From NCBI GenBank assembly GCA_036005065.1, contig DASYQW010000161.1, positions 2,898 to 66,897 of the forward strand: 64,000 nucleotides of DNA, given 5' to 3'. The DNA is from Candidatus Methylomirabilota bacterium. Its GTDB lineage: Bacteria; Methylomirabilota; Methylomirabilia; Rokubacteriales; DASRDR01. Shown here piece by piece: positions 1 through 8,657 of this stretch. Position 1 is the stretch's first letter; every line of letters begins with the position of its first letter. The position numbers and the translations under genes are program-made. The notes beneath the pieces are model-generated. The model had not been told where the DNA came from and searched no databases. It saw nothing but the letters and a program-made list of their open reading frames with translations.

Positions 1-248
1 TTCCCCAGGAACGTCGGAGGCCGGGTACGGCTCATGCAAGTCAACAGGTGGCGAGGACGCGCGGGGGCTCGAAGTGGCAAAGGGAGGGTAAGCAACCGCC
101 GGCAAGAAAGGAGGAACTCGCGCACTGGAACGCGCGCGACCCGGATGGTACTCGGGCCAAGATGTCGACTGCAGAAGACGAGGCGTGCGGGGATTCATAC
201 GGCGTCAGGCGAGGCCCGGCGCGGGCGGGCCCCCGAACGGAGCCTCGC

Positions 249-3200
249 ATGACGCCCTACGTCGAGCTCCACGCCCAGAGCGCCTTCAGCTTCCTCGAGG
301 CCGCCGCCTCGCCCGAGCGGCTCGCCGAGCAGGCGGCGGGGCTGGGGTACCCGGCCCTCGCGCTGCTCGATGCCGACGGCATCTACGGCGCGCCGCGCTT
401 CTATCGGGCGGCGTCCGAGCTGGGGCTCCGCGCGCTGGTGGGCGCCGAGCTCACCCTCACCGGCGGCGCCCGGTTGCCGGTCCTGGTGGAGACCCCGGAG
501 GGCTACCGGCGGCTGTGCCGCCTGCTGACGCGCGTGAAGCTGCGGGCCGCGAAGGGGAAGGCCCGGGCCACGCTCGACGACCTCGAGGGGGAGACTGCGG
601 GGCTCGTCTGCCTGACCGGCGGCGCCGACGGCCCGCTGGCCGCCGACCTCCTGGCGGGCCGCCGCGACGCCGCCCGGGGCACTCTCGAGCGGCTCGCCCG
701 GCTGTTCGGCCGCGAGCAGGTGTACGTGGAGCTCCAGCGACACGGGACGCGCGAGAGCGAGCTCCGGACGCGCCGCCTCGGTGAGTTGGCCCGCGACCGG
801 CGCCCCCCCTGCGTGGCGACCAACGGCGTGCGGTACGCGATGCCGGGCGAGCGCGTGGTCCTCGACGTCTTCACCGCCCTCCGCTACCGGACGACGCTGG
901 ACGCCGCCGGACGCCGCCTCGAGCCGAACGTCGAGCGGTGGCTCAAGCCGCCGTCCGAGATGGCCCGGCTCTTCGCCGATCGGCCGGACGCGCTGGCCGA
1001 GACCGCCGAGCTGGCCGCCCGGTGCGCCTTCACGCTGAAGGATCTCGGCTATCGCTTCCCGGACTTCCCGGTCCCGGACGGAGGCTCGCCGATCGCCTAC
1101 CTCCGGGCGCTGTCGGAGACCGGGGCGCGCGAGCGCTACCGGCGGGTCGGCGAGCGCGTCCGGCGTCAGCTCGATCGGGAGCTCGATCTCATCGAGAAGC
1201 TCGACCTGGCGGGCTACTTCCTGATCGTCTGGGACATCGTCCGCGAGTGCCGGGCGCGGGGCATCCTCGTGCAGGGCCGAGGCTCGGCGGCGAACAGCGC
1301 CGTGTGCTACAGCCTGGGCATCACCGCGGTCGACCCGGTCGGGATGGACCTCCTCTTCGAGCGCTTCCTCTCCGAGGAGCGTCACGAGTGGCCCGACATC
1401 GACCTCGATCTGCCTTCCGGGGACCGCCGCGAGGCGGTGATCCAGTACGTCTACCAGCGCTACGGGCAGACGGGCGCCGGGATGACGGCCAACGTCATCA
1501 CCTACCGCCCTCGCCGGGCGGCCCGGGAGGTCGGCAAGGTGCTCGGCTTCCCGCTCGAGATCCTCGACCGGCTCTCGAAGCACGTGAGCGACTGGGAGTA
1601 CCAGGATCCGGCCGACACCCCGGCCCGCCATCTCGCGCGGGTGGGACTCGACCCCGCCCATCCACGGGTCCGGCGCTTCGCGGAGGTGTGGGCGGCGGTC
1701 CAGGGGCTGCCGCGACACCTCGGCCAGCACTCGGGGGGCATGGTGCTCTGCGCCGGGCGTCTCGACGAGGTCGTGCCGCTCGAGACCGCCACCATGCCGG
1801 GCCGGGTGGTCGTCCAGTGGGACAAGGACGACTGCGCCGATATGGGGATCGTGAAGGTGGACCTCCTCGGGCTCGGGATGATGGCGGTCCTCGAGGACGC
1901 GCTGGTGCTCTGCCGCGAGGCCGGGCACGAGGTCGACCTTGCCCACCTCCCGCCGGACGATCCGCCCGTCTACGCGGCGCTCCAGGCGGCCGACACGGTC
2001 GGCGTCTTCCAGGTCGAGAGCCGAGCCCAGATGGCGACGCTCCCGCGGCTCCGGCCCGAGCGCTTCTACGACCTCGTGGTCGAGGTGGCCATCATCCGGC
2101 CGGGTCCGATCGTGGGCGACATGGTCCACCCCTACCTGGCCCGCCGGGCGGGACGGGCTCCGGTCAGCTATCCGCACCCCTCGCTCGAGCCGATCTTGAA
2201 GCGCACCCTCGGCGTGCCGCTCTTCCAGGAGCAGCTCCTCCGGATGGCCATGGTGGCCGCCGGCTTCACCGGTGGCGAGGCCGAGGAGCTGCGCCGGGCG
2301 CTGGGCTTCCGGCGCTCGGAGGCCCGGATGAAGGCGGTGGAGGCGAAGCTCCGGACCGGGATCGCGCGGAACGGGATCACCGGGGAGGCGGCCGAGGAGA
2401 TCGTGCGGTCCATCACCTCGTTCGCCGAATATGGCTTCCCTGAGAGTCACGCCGCCAGCTTCGCGCTCCTCGCCTACGCGAGCGCCTACCTCAAGGTGCA
2501 CTACCCGGCTCAGTTCTACGCCGCGCTCCTGAACAACCAGCCGATGGGCTTCTATCACCCGGCCACGCTCGTGAAGGACGCCCAGCGTCATGGCCAGGAA
2601 GTCCGCCCGGTCGACGCCACGCGCTCGGACTGGCTGTCGACGGTGGAGGACGGGGCGGTGCGGCTCGGGCTCATGACGGTCAAGGGCCTGCGCGAAGCAG
2701 CCGGCCGCCGGCTGGTGGCCGCGCGCCGCGAGCGGGCCTTCGATTCCGTGGACGACGTCGTCGCGCGGAGCACGCTCGCCCGGGACGAGCTCACCCGGCT
2801 CGCCGACATCGGCGCCCTCGAGTGTCTCGGGCTCACGCGGCGGGGGGCGCTGTGGGAGGCCGAGCGGGCCGCCCGGCCGCCGGGGCCGCTGTGGGTGGGC
2901 CACCGGCCGGCTCCGGACCCCTCGCCGCTCGCGGAGATGACGGTCGAGGAGCGCGTCGTGGCGGACTACCGCGGCACTGGCCTCACGGTCGGGCCGCATC
3001 CGATGGCGCTCCGCCGCGCCGAGCTCCGGCGCCTCGGGGTGACCGCGGCTGCCGGCCTGGCCGGAGTCCCCGACGGCGAGCCGGTCCGCATCGCGGGAGG
3101 CGTCATCGTCCGCCAACGCCCGGGCACCGCCAAGGGCTTCGTCTTCCTCTCGCTCGAGGACGAGACGGGGATCGCCAACGCAATCGTCCGTCCCGCGATC

Positions 3201-3353
3201 TTCGAGCGGGACCGCGCGGCGATCGTCCACGAAGCCTTCCTGCTGGTCGAAGGGATGCTGCAGCACCAGGAGGGCGTCACGTCCGTCCGGGCGACCGCCG
3301 TGCGGCCGCTTCCCCCATTCCCGGCCGCCGTTCCCTCCCACGACTTTCACTAG
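249..3353 (+). CDS. dnaE2: Error-prone DNA polymerase DnaE2 (PHP domain plus Pol III alpha core, ~1034 aa)
   Basis: N-terminus MTPYVELHAQSAFSFLEAAASPERL is the PHP domain start typical of DnaE2/ImuC; size and organisation fit Pol III alpha without the tau/beta-binding C-terminal extension. ORF-track frame 48..3353; ATG at 249 preferred over upstream in-frame starts because it places the PHP motif at the N-terminus. Confidence 0.85.
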   Translation: MTPYVELHAQSAFSFLEAAASPERLAEQAAGLGYPALALLDADGIYGAPRFYRAASELGLRALVGAELTLTGGARLPVLVETPEGYRRLCRLLTRVKLRAAKGKARATLDDLEGETAGLVCLTGGADGPLAADLLAGRRDAARGTLERLARLFGREQVYVELQRHGTRESELRTRRLGELARDRRPPCVATNGVRYAMPGERVVLDVFTALRYRTTLDAAGRRLEPNVERWLKPPSEMARLFADRPDALAETAELAARCAFTLKDLGYRFPDFPVPDGGSPIAYLRALSETGARERYRRVGERVRRQLDRELDLIEKLDLAGYFLIVWDIVRECRARGILVQGRGSAANSAVCYSLGITAVDPVGMDLLFERFLSEERHEWPDIDLDLPSGDRREAVIQYVYQRYGQTGAGMTANVITYRPRRAAREVGKVLGFPLEILDRLSKHVSDWEYQDPADTPARHLARVGLDPAHPRVRRFAEVWAAVQGLPRHLGQHSGGMVLCAGRLDEVVPLETATMPGRVVVQWDKDDCADMGIVKVDLLGLGMMAVLEDALVLCREAGHEVDLAHLPPDDPPVYAALQAADTVGVFQVESRAQMATLPRLRPERFYDLVVEVAIIRPGPIVGDMVHPYLARRAGRAPVSYPHPSLEPILKRTLGVPLFQEQLLRMAMVAAGFTGGEAEELRRALGFRRSEARMKAVEAKLRTGIARNGITGEAAEEIVRSITSFAEYGFPESHAASFALLAYASAYLKVHYPAQFYAALLNNQPMGFYHPATLVKDAQRHGQEVRPVDATRSDWLSTVEDGAVRLGLMTVKGLREAAGRRLVAARRERAFDSVDDVVARSTLARDELTRLADIGALECLGLTRRGALWEAERAARPPGPLWVGHRPAPDPSPLAEMTVEERVVADYRGTGLTVGPHPMALRRAELRRLGVTAAAGLAGVPDGEPVRIAGGVIVRQRPGTAKGFVFLSLEDETGIANAIVRPAIFERDRAAIVHEAFLLVEGMLQHQEGVTSVRATAVRPLPPFPAAVPSHDFH

Positions 3354-3485
3354 GTCATTTCGGGGGGGGCTCGGAAGACCCCCCCGATGCCCCCCCGGCG
3401 TGGCGGCGGCAAAGCCGTCGCTCGGAGCACTCCTCGATGAACCGCGCGCTCGGTGGTCGGCGCCGGATTACTCCGACAGACTCCT
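3351..3485 (+). repeat. Double-hairpin intergenic repeat, subfamily 1, copy A (begins at the TAG stop of dnaE2)
   Basis: CACTAGGTCATTTCGGGGGGGGCTCGGAAGACCCCCCCGATGCCCCCCCGGCGTGGCGGCGGCAAAGCCGTCGCTCGGAGCACTCCTCGATGAACCGCGCGCTCGGTGGTCGGCGCCGGATTACTCCGACAGACTCC. Near-identical inverted copy at ~39135-39269. G8/C7 stem-loop followed by GGCGGCGGC-AAA-GCCGTCGC stem-loop. Confidence 0.6.
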
Positions 3486-3540
3486 GGCGCGCGCTGCGCG
3501 CCCGGCGTGATCCCGGTCCCTCGGCGGCCCCGCGGCGGCA

Positions 3541-3570
3541 TTGACGTCTCGGAGGGGCGCCGGGTAGACT
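3541..3570 (+). promoter_or_regulatory. Candidate sigma-70 promoter for phnDCE (TTGACG -18 bp- TAGACT)
   Basis: TTGACG at 3541-3546 and TAGACT at 3565-3570, ~85 bp upstream of the phnD ATG. GGAGGAGG RBS at 3641-3648. Confidence 0.3.
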
Positions 3571-3654
3571 GACGCTCGAGGCTCGCGGGAGGCCCCAGGG
3601 CGCCGTACCGCGAGCCGCGGCGCGGCGTTTTTCGTGGCACGGAGGAGGACTCCG

Positions 3655-4542
3655 ATGACCAGGCGCGTGCTCGTCGCCCTCCTGGCCCTGGCGATGCTCG
3701 GCGGGCTCGTGACGTCGGCGCCGCCCGCCGGGGCGCAGGCCCCGAAGTCGCTCCACCTCGTGCTGACGCCGTCCCAGAAGCCGACCGACCTCCTGGCGGC
3801 CGGCGAGGAATTCGGCGCGGCCCTCGCCAAGCTGGTCGGCATCCCGGTCCGGGTGACGGTCGCCTCGGACTACGCGGCGGTCGTCGAGGCGCTCCGCAAC
3901 AAGACGGCAGACCTCGCGTTCGTGCACCCGGCCGGCTACGTGCTGGCCAACCGGGAAGCCAAGGCGATGATCGTCGCGCAGGACCGCTGGCATGGCAACA
4001 CCTCCTACCGGTCGCGCATCTACGTCCGGAAGGAATCGGGGCTCAAGTCGCTCGAGGAGCTCCGGGGCAAGACGATCGCCTTCGTGGACCCCGCCAGCAC
4101 GTCGGGATACGTCTGGCCGATGCTCCTCCTGATCAAGCGGGGCCTGGTCCAGAACCGTGACCCGAAGAGCTTCTTCAAGGAGGCCGTGTTCTCGGGCTCC
4201 CACGACGCCGGCCTCCAGGCGCTCCTCAAGGGCCACGTGGATGCGCTGGCCTCGTTCGACCAGGCCCGCGAGCAGTACCTGAAGGACCCGGCGGAGCGCG
4301 AGCGCCTCAGCTGGGTGGCCGAGACCGATCCCATCCCGGAGGGCGGCATCTGCGCGCGGGACGGCCTGGATCCGGCCGTCGTCGCCAAGGTGCGGGCGTC
4401 GCTCGTGGCGATGCGCGGAGCGGAGTACGAGCCGCTCCTGAAGAAGCTCTACGACATCGACGGCTTCGAGCCGGTCGACGACCGCGTGTACGAGCCGGTG
4501 CGGGCGGCGATGGATCTGGTCGGCTGGCGCCCGAAGCGCTGA
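3655..4542 (+). CDS. phnD: Phosphonate ABC transporter substrate-binding protein
   Basis: PhnD/SsuA-like periplasmic binding fold with a signal peptide (MTRRVLVALLALAMLGG...APPAGA). ATG 3655 has a GGAGGAGG RBS 7 nt upstream. The ORF-track start at 3634 is a GTG lying within/just before the RBS. Confidence 0.8.
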   Translation: MTRRVLVALLALAMLGGLVTSAPPAGAQAPKSLHLVLTPSQKPTDLLAAGEEFGAALAKLVGIPVRVTVASDYAAVVEALRNKTADLAFVHPAGYVLANREAKAMIVAQDRWHGNTSYRSRIYVRKESGLKSLEELRGKTIAFVDPASTSGYVWPMLLLIKRGLVQNRDPKSFFKEAVFSGSHDAGLQALLKGHVDALASFDQAREQYLKDPAERERLSWVAETDPIPEGGICARDGLDPAVVAKVRASLVAMRGAEYEPLLKKLYDIDGFEPVDDRVYEPVRAAMDLVGWRPKR

Positions 4543-4600
4543 AGGCTCGCGACCGATACCCGTCGCCCCCAGTCGTCCTCCGCCGGGCCCCGCCTCGTCG

Positions 4601-5343
<743 letters not shown>

Positions 5344-5347
<4 letters not shown>

Positions 5348-6090
5348 GCCGGTGGCAGGCGTCGATCCTGGCCGGGGCGGCGGTCCTGGTCGCCCTGGCC
5401 TGGGACACCGGGGCGGACCCGATCCGCTTCGTGCGCGGGATGCCCTGGATGGCGGACTTCGTGCGGCGGTCGCTGCCGCCGGACTTTTCGGTTCTGGTGC
5501 CCGCGCTGGAGGGCGCGTGGCGGACGCTGGAGATCGCGCTCCTTGGCACGGCGGTGGCAGCCGCCCTCGCCGTGCCGCTCGGGTTCCTGTCGGCGCGCAA
5601 TGTGGCGCCGCCGTCCGCCTTCTATCCGGCCCGGGCGGCGCTGAACTTCTTCCGCAGCATCGACACCCTGGTCTACGCCCTGCTCTTCGTGGCCGCGGTG
5701 GGGCTCGGCCCCTTTCCCGGGGTCCTGGCGGTCGTCGCATACACCACCACGTCGCTCGCCAAGCTCTACTCGGAGACCATCGAAGGCATCGATCCCGGCC
5801 CGGTGGACGCCATCACCGCGACCGGGGCCAGCCGCCTCCAGGTGCTCCGCTTCGCCGTGCTCCCCCAGGTCCTGCCGCTCTTCCTCTCGTACGTCCTCTA
5901 CCGGCTCGAGTCGAACATCCGCGCGGCCACCGTGCTGGGATTCGTGGGGGCGGGCGGGATCGGGTTCTACCTCCAGACCTACCTCCGGATGATCGACTAT
6001 CCGGCGGCCTCGACGGTGCTCCTGGTCACCGTCGTCATGGTGATGGTGGTCGACTTCGCGAGCTCGCGGCTGCGAGCCCGGCTGGTCTGA
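5344..6090 (+). CDS. phnE: Phosphonate ABC transporter permease
   Basis: Multi-TM permease in frame of ORF 4984..6090 (…ALEGAWRTLEIALLGTAVAAALAVPLGFLSARN…). GTG start at 5344 overlaps the phnC stop (GTGA), which indicates translational coupling. Confidence 0.8.
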
Positions 6091-6099
6091 CGGGCCCGG

Positions 6100-7044
6100 C
6101 TACCCAGCGGTCCGCGCGAGCACGGGCGCCCGCCGGCGGCGGCGCGACGGGGCCGCCACCTCGCGCACCGCCGCTCGCAGGGCCTGGAGGAAGGCGAGCG
6201 CTTCCACGCTCAGGGTCCGGTGGCGGGGGTGGATCACGTCGAGGCTCCGACTCAGCGGCTCGGCGCCCGCGATCTCGACCGCCACCAACGTCGCCCGGCG
6301 GATCTCCTGGGCGACCGCCAGGTGGGGGAGGAAAGCCAGCCCGAGCCCCCGCTCGACCATCTTCTTCGCGGTCTCGATCGTCTCCACTTCGAGGACGACG
6401 TTGGGGACGAGGCCGGCCCGGCGGAACAGCCCGTGGGTCAGGGTCCAATCGCTCGAACCCCGGTCGAAGAAGATGAGCGGTCGATCCGCCACCTCTTCCA
6501 GACGCGCGCGCCGCCCGCGCACGAGGCGATGCGCCCGATCCTGCACCAGGACGAGTGGATCGTCGCCCAGGCTCAGCGTTTCGACGGCGGGATGCTGGAG
6601 CGACCGGGCCAGGCCGATCTCCACCTCGCCGTGGAGGACCATCTCCAGCACCTCCTTGGAGTGGCCGGATCGGACCGTCATCATCACGCTCGGGTGCGCG
6701 GCCTGGAACCGCTTGAGCACCGCCGGCAGGAGGTACGTGCAGATGGAAAGGGCGGCGCCGATCTGGAGCGCGCCGCCGCTGGCCGGCCGCAGCTCGTGGA
6801 CGGCCTGGCGGGCCAGCGCGACGGCGTGCAAGAGCTGCTCGGCGTGCGGCCGGAGCGCGCGCCCGGCCGGGGACAGACCGAGCCCGCCGCGGGTGCGCTC
6901 GAAGAGTGAGACGCCCAGCGACGTCTCCAGCGCCCGGATCCGGGCGCTCACGGCCGGCTGACTGATCCGGAGCGCGGTCGCCGCCCGGCGGAAGCCGCCG
7001 AACGTCCCCACGGCCAGGAAGGTTTCGACCTGATCGATCTCCAC
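6100..7044 (-). CDS. LysR-family transcriptional regulator
   Basis: N-terminal wHTH (VETFLAVGTFGGFRRAATALRISQPAVSARIRALE) plus a LysR substrate-binding domain. GTG start. Divergent from the 7225-11018 operon. Confidence 0.85.
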   Translation of the reverse strand: MEIDQVETFLAVGTFGGFRRAATALRISQPAVSARIRALETSLGVSLFERTRGGLGLSPAGRALRPHAEQLLHAVALARQAVHELRPASGGALQIGAALSICTYLLPAVLKRFQAAHPSVMMTVRSGHSKEVLEMVLHGEVEIGLARSLQHPAVETLSLGDDPLVLVQDRAHRLVRGRRARLEEVADRPLIFFDRGSSDWTLTHGLFRRAGLVPNVVLEVETIETAKKMVERGLGLAFLPHLAVAQEIRRATLVAVEIAGAEPLSRSLDVIHPRHRTLSVEALAFLQALRAAVREVAAPSRRRRRAPVLARTAG

Positions 7045-7104
7045 GGCGCGACTCGTGGCCCGGGCCCATTATACGGACCGGCCGCCGACCGCGCAAAATT
7101 TGCC

Positions 7105-7121
7105 GATCAGATTTCCTGATC
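7105..7121. promoter_or_regulatory. Candidate LysR box (GATCAG-ATTTC-CTGATC, T-N11-A palindrome) in the AT-richer divergent promoter region
   Basis: Perfect 6-bp inverted repeat with a 5-bp spacer, 60 bp upstream of the lysR start and 105 bp upstream of the first operon ATG. Local AT content is markedly above the genome background. Confidence 0.35.
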
Positions 7122-7224
7122 GCTTCGATAAAGACAATCATCTTGCCCGTCACCCCCATTCACCGGCACAGTGCTAATAGAAGCCCGGGTGCCGCCCGGA
7201 GCGGACCCGGCCAGGAGGTCCTCC

Positions 7225-7392
7225 ATGAACGAGCGATGCTGGTGCGGTGATCCCCTGCGACACGCCTACGAGAGCTGGACGTGCGCCCGATGCCGACGTC
7301 CCTGCTGCCCGGCGTGCGCCGAACTCGACGAGATCGCGCCGACGTGCGTGGCGTGCCGGGAGCCCGGCCGCGGAGCGGAGGCCGCCGCCTGA
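7225..7392 (+). CDS. Cys-rich mini-protein (55 aa, 9 Cys; CWCG…CARC…CCPAC…CVAC), putative double zinc ribbon
   Basis: ATG at 7225 preceded by an AGGAGG RBS. First gene of the LysR-divergent operon. No family recognised. Confidence 0.45.
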   Translation: MNERCWCGDPLRHAYESWTCARCRRPCCPACAELDEIAPTCVACREPGRGAEAAA

Positions 7393-7479
7393 CGGCAACT
7401 CGGCCTGAGGTGGCGCGCCCGAACGCGGGAACGGTCCGGGGTCCATTCAACTGGTCCGCGCCGAAGGGAGACGGGATCC

Positions 7480-8448
7480 ATGGAGAGCAAGGGCAAGGCG
7501 TTCCGCGAGCTCCTGCGGGAGGAGCCGCACGTGTTCACCGGCGGCATCTACTCACCGCTCGACGCGCAGATCGCCGAACGGGTCGGGATGAAGGCGATCT
7601 ACATGAGCGGCTACTCGGTGGCCATGCTGAACGGGTGGCCGGACATGGGGTTCCTCACGATGACCGAGATGACCCGGACGGCCTCGATGATCGCCAGCGC
7701 CGTCGCCATCCCGATCATCGCCGACGCCGACGATGGCTACGGATCGGCGCTCAACACCATGCGAACCGTCGCCGAGTTCGTGAAGACGGGTGTGGCCGGC
7801 ATCCATCTGGAGGACCAGCAGTACCCGAAACGCTGCGGGCACATCGCCGGGAAGACGGTCGTGTCGCGCCCGGAGGCGATCGGGAAGTTCCGGGCCGCGG
7901 TGGCCGAGCGTGATCGCCTGGATCGCGACTTCGTGCTGATCGCGCGGACCGATGCCTACGGGGCGGTCGGCGGGAGCATGGAAGAGGCGATCGCGCGGAG
8001 TCGCGCGTACGCCGACGTGGGGGTGGATCTCGTCTGGTGCGAGCTCTCGAAGTCGGAGCGCCGGCCGGCCGAGGTCTTCGCCGAGGCCATGCGGAAGAGT
8101 CATCCCGATCTGCCGCTGGCGTTCAACTACTCCTCCTCGTTCAAGTGGCACGCGGACCCCGCTCCCCTGACGTTCCGGGAGTTGGGCGAGCTCGGCTATA
8201 AGTTCATCTTCATCACGCTGTTCGGTGCCCACGCGGCGATGTATGGCGTCTGGAACGCCATGGAGGACCTGGTCAAGAACCAGGAGGCCGCCCAGTGGTC
8301 GCTCGAGAAGTTGAAGAGCGGGCACCCGACCGAGAGCCACCACGTCATGGCCCGGGTCGCGCACTTCCAGGAGATCGAGCGCCGCTTCGTGCCGGGGGCC
8401 GCCGACCGCCACCAGGCGTCCGCCGGCTTCGGCGAGGGCGGGCACTAG
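7480..8448 (+). CDS. Isocitrate lyase / PEP mutase superfamily enzyme (ICL/methylisocitrate-lyase-like, 322 aa)
   Basis: Active-site motif EDQQYPKRCGHIAGKTVV matches the K(K/R)CGH lyase signature, followed by FVLIARTDA. Shorter than canonical ICL (~430 aa), closer to PrpB size. Confidence 0.8.
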   Translation: MESKGKAFRELLREEPHVFTGGIYSPLDAQIAERVGMKAIYMSGYSVAMLNGWPDMGFLTMTEMTRTASMIASAVAIPIIADADDGYGSALNTMRTVAEFVKTGVAGIHLEDQQYPKRCGHIAGKTVVSRPEAIGKFRAAVAERDRLDRDFVLIARTDAYGAVGGSMEEAIARSRAYADVGVDLVWCELSKSERRPAEVFAEAMRKSHPDLPLAFNYSSSFKWHADPAPLTFRELGELGYKFIFITLFGAHAAMYGVWNAMEDLVKNQEAAQWSLEKLKSGHPTESHHVMARVAHFQEIERRFVPGAADRHQASAGFGEGGH

Positions 8449-8500
8449 GTCATTTTCGGGGGAAGCCTCGGGGAACCCCCTGAGGCCCCCGGTGCCGTCG
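8446..8500 (+). repeat. Truncated copy (B) of the double-hairpin repeat, starting at the TAG stop of the ICL-family gene
   Basis: CACTAGGTCATTTTCGGGGGAAGCCTCGGGGAACCCCCTGAGGCCCCCGG shares the CACTAGGTCATTT head and the G-run/C-run hairpin with copy A. Confidence 0.4.
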
Positions 8501-8657
8501 CCTGCGCCAGCGGCGCCTGGGCTTCCTCCCAGGCGCCGGTCCGGCGTATGCTGAGGATGGCGGTTCCCGATCCGGCTAAGACGCCGTCCCGCGACGGCTG
8601 ACCGTAATCCCCTTCCGCAGGTAGGCCCGTTAGGAACGAGCTGAGGAGGCCGAGGCG

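Noticed and set aside
195-3350. Very long antisense or out-of-frame ORFs throughout the window (e.g. 195..3350 -, 4307..5740 -, 8445..10931 -, 11961..14633 -, 25673..27928 -, 28060..30531 -, 48801..50759 +, 50636..52612 +)
   Set aside because: At ~70% GC, stop codons are rare in all frames. These ORFs are low-complexity and Arg/Gly/Pro-rich, lack motifs, and lie opposite genes with unambiguous conserved domains.
2822-3544. Conserved peptide strings inside the repeats (…SEDPPDAPPAWRRQSRRSEHSSMNRALGGRRRIT…) suggesting a small repeated protein gene
   Set aside because: Conservation is explained by ~90% nucleotide identity of the repeat itself. There is no consistent start codon or RBS, the frame differs between subfamilies, and the copies are palindromic/hairpin-forming.
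7480-8448. Possibility that the ICL/PEPM-superfamily gene is a PEP mutase linking to the nearby phosphonate transporter (phosphonate biosynthesis or catabolism)
   Set aside because: The active-site motif is the lyase-type K(R)CGH (ICL/methylisocitrate lyase) rather than the PEP mutase-type motif. It is also co-operonic with a malate-synthase-like gene and separated from phnDCE by a convergent LysR gene.
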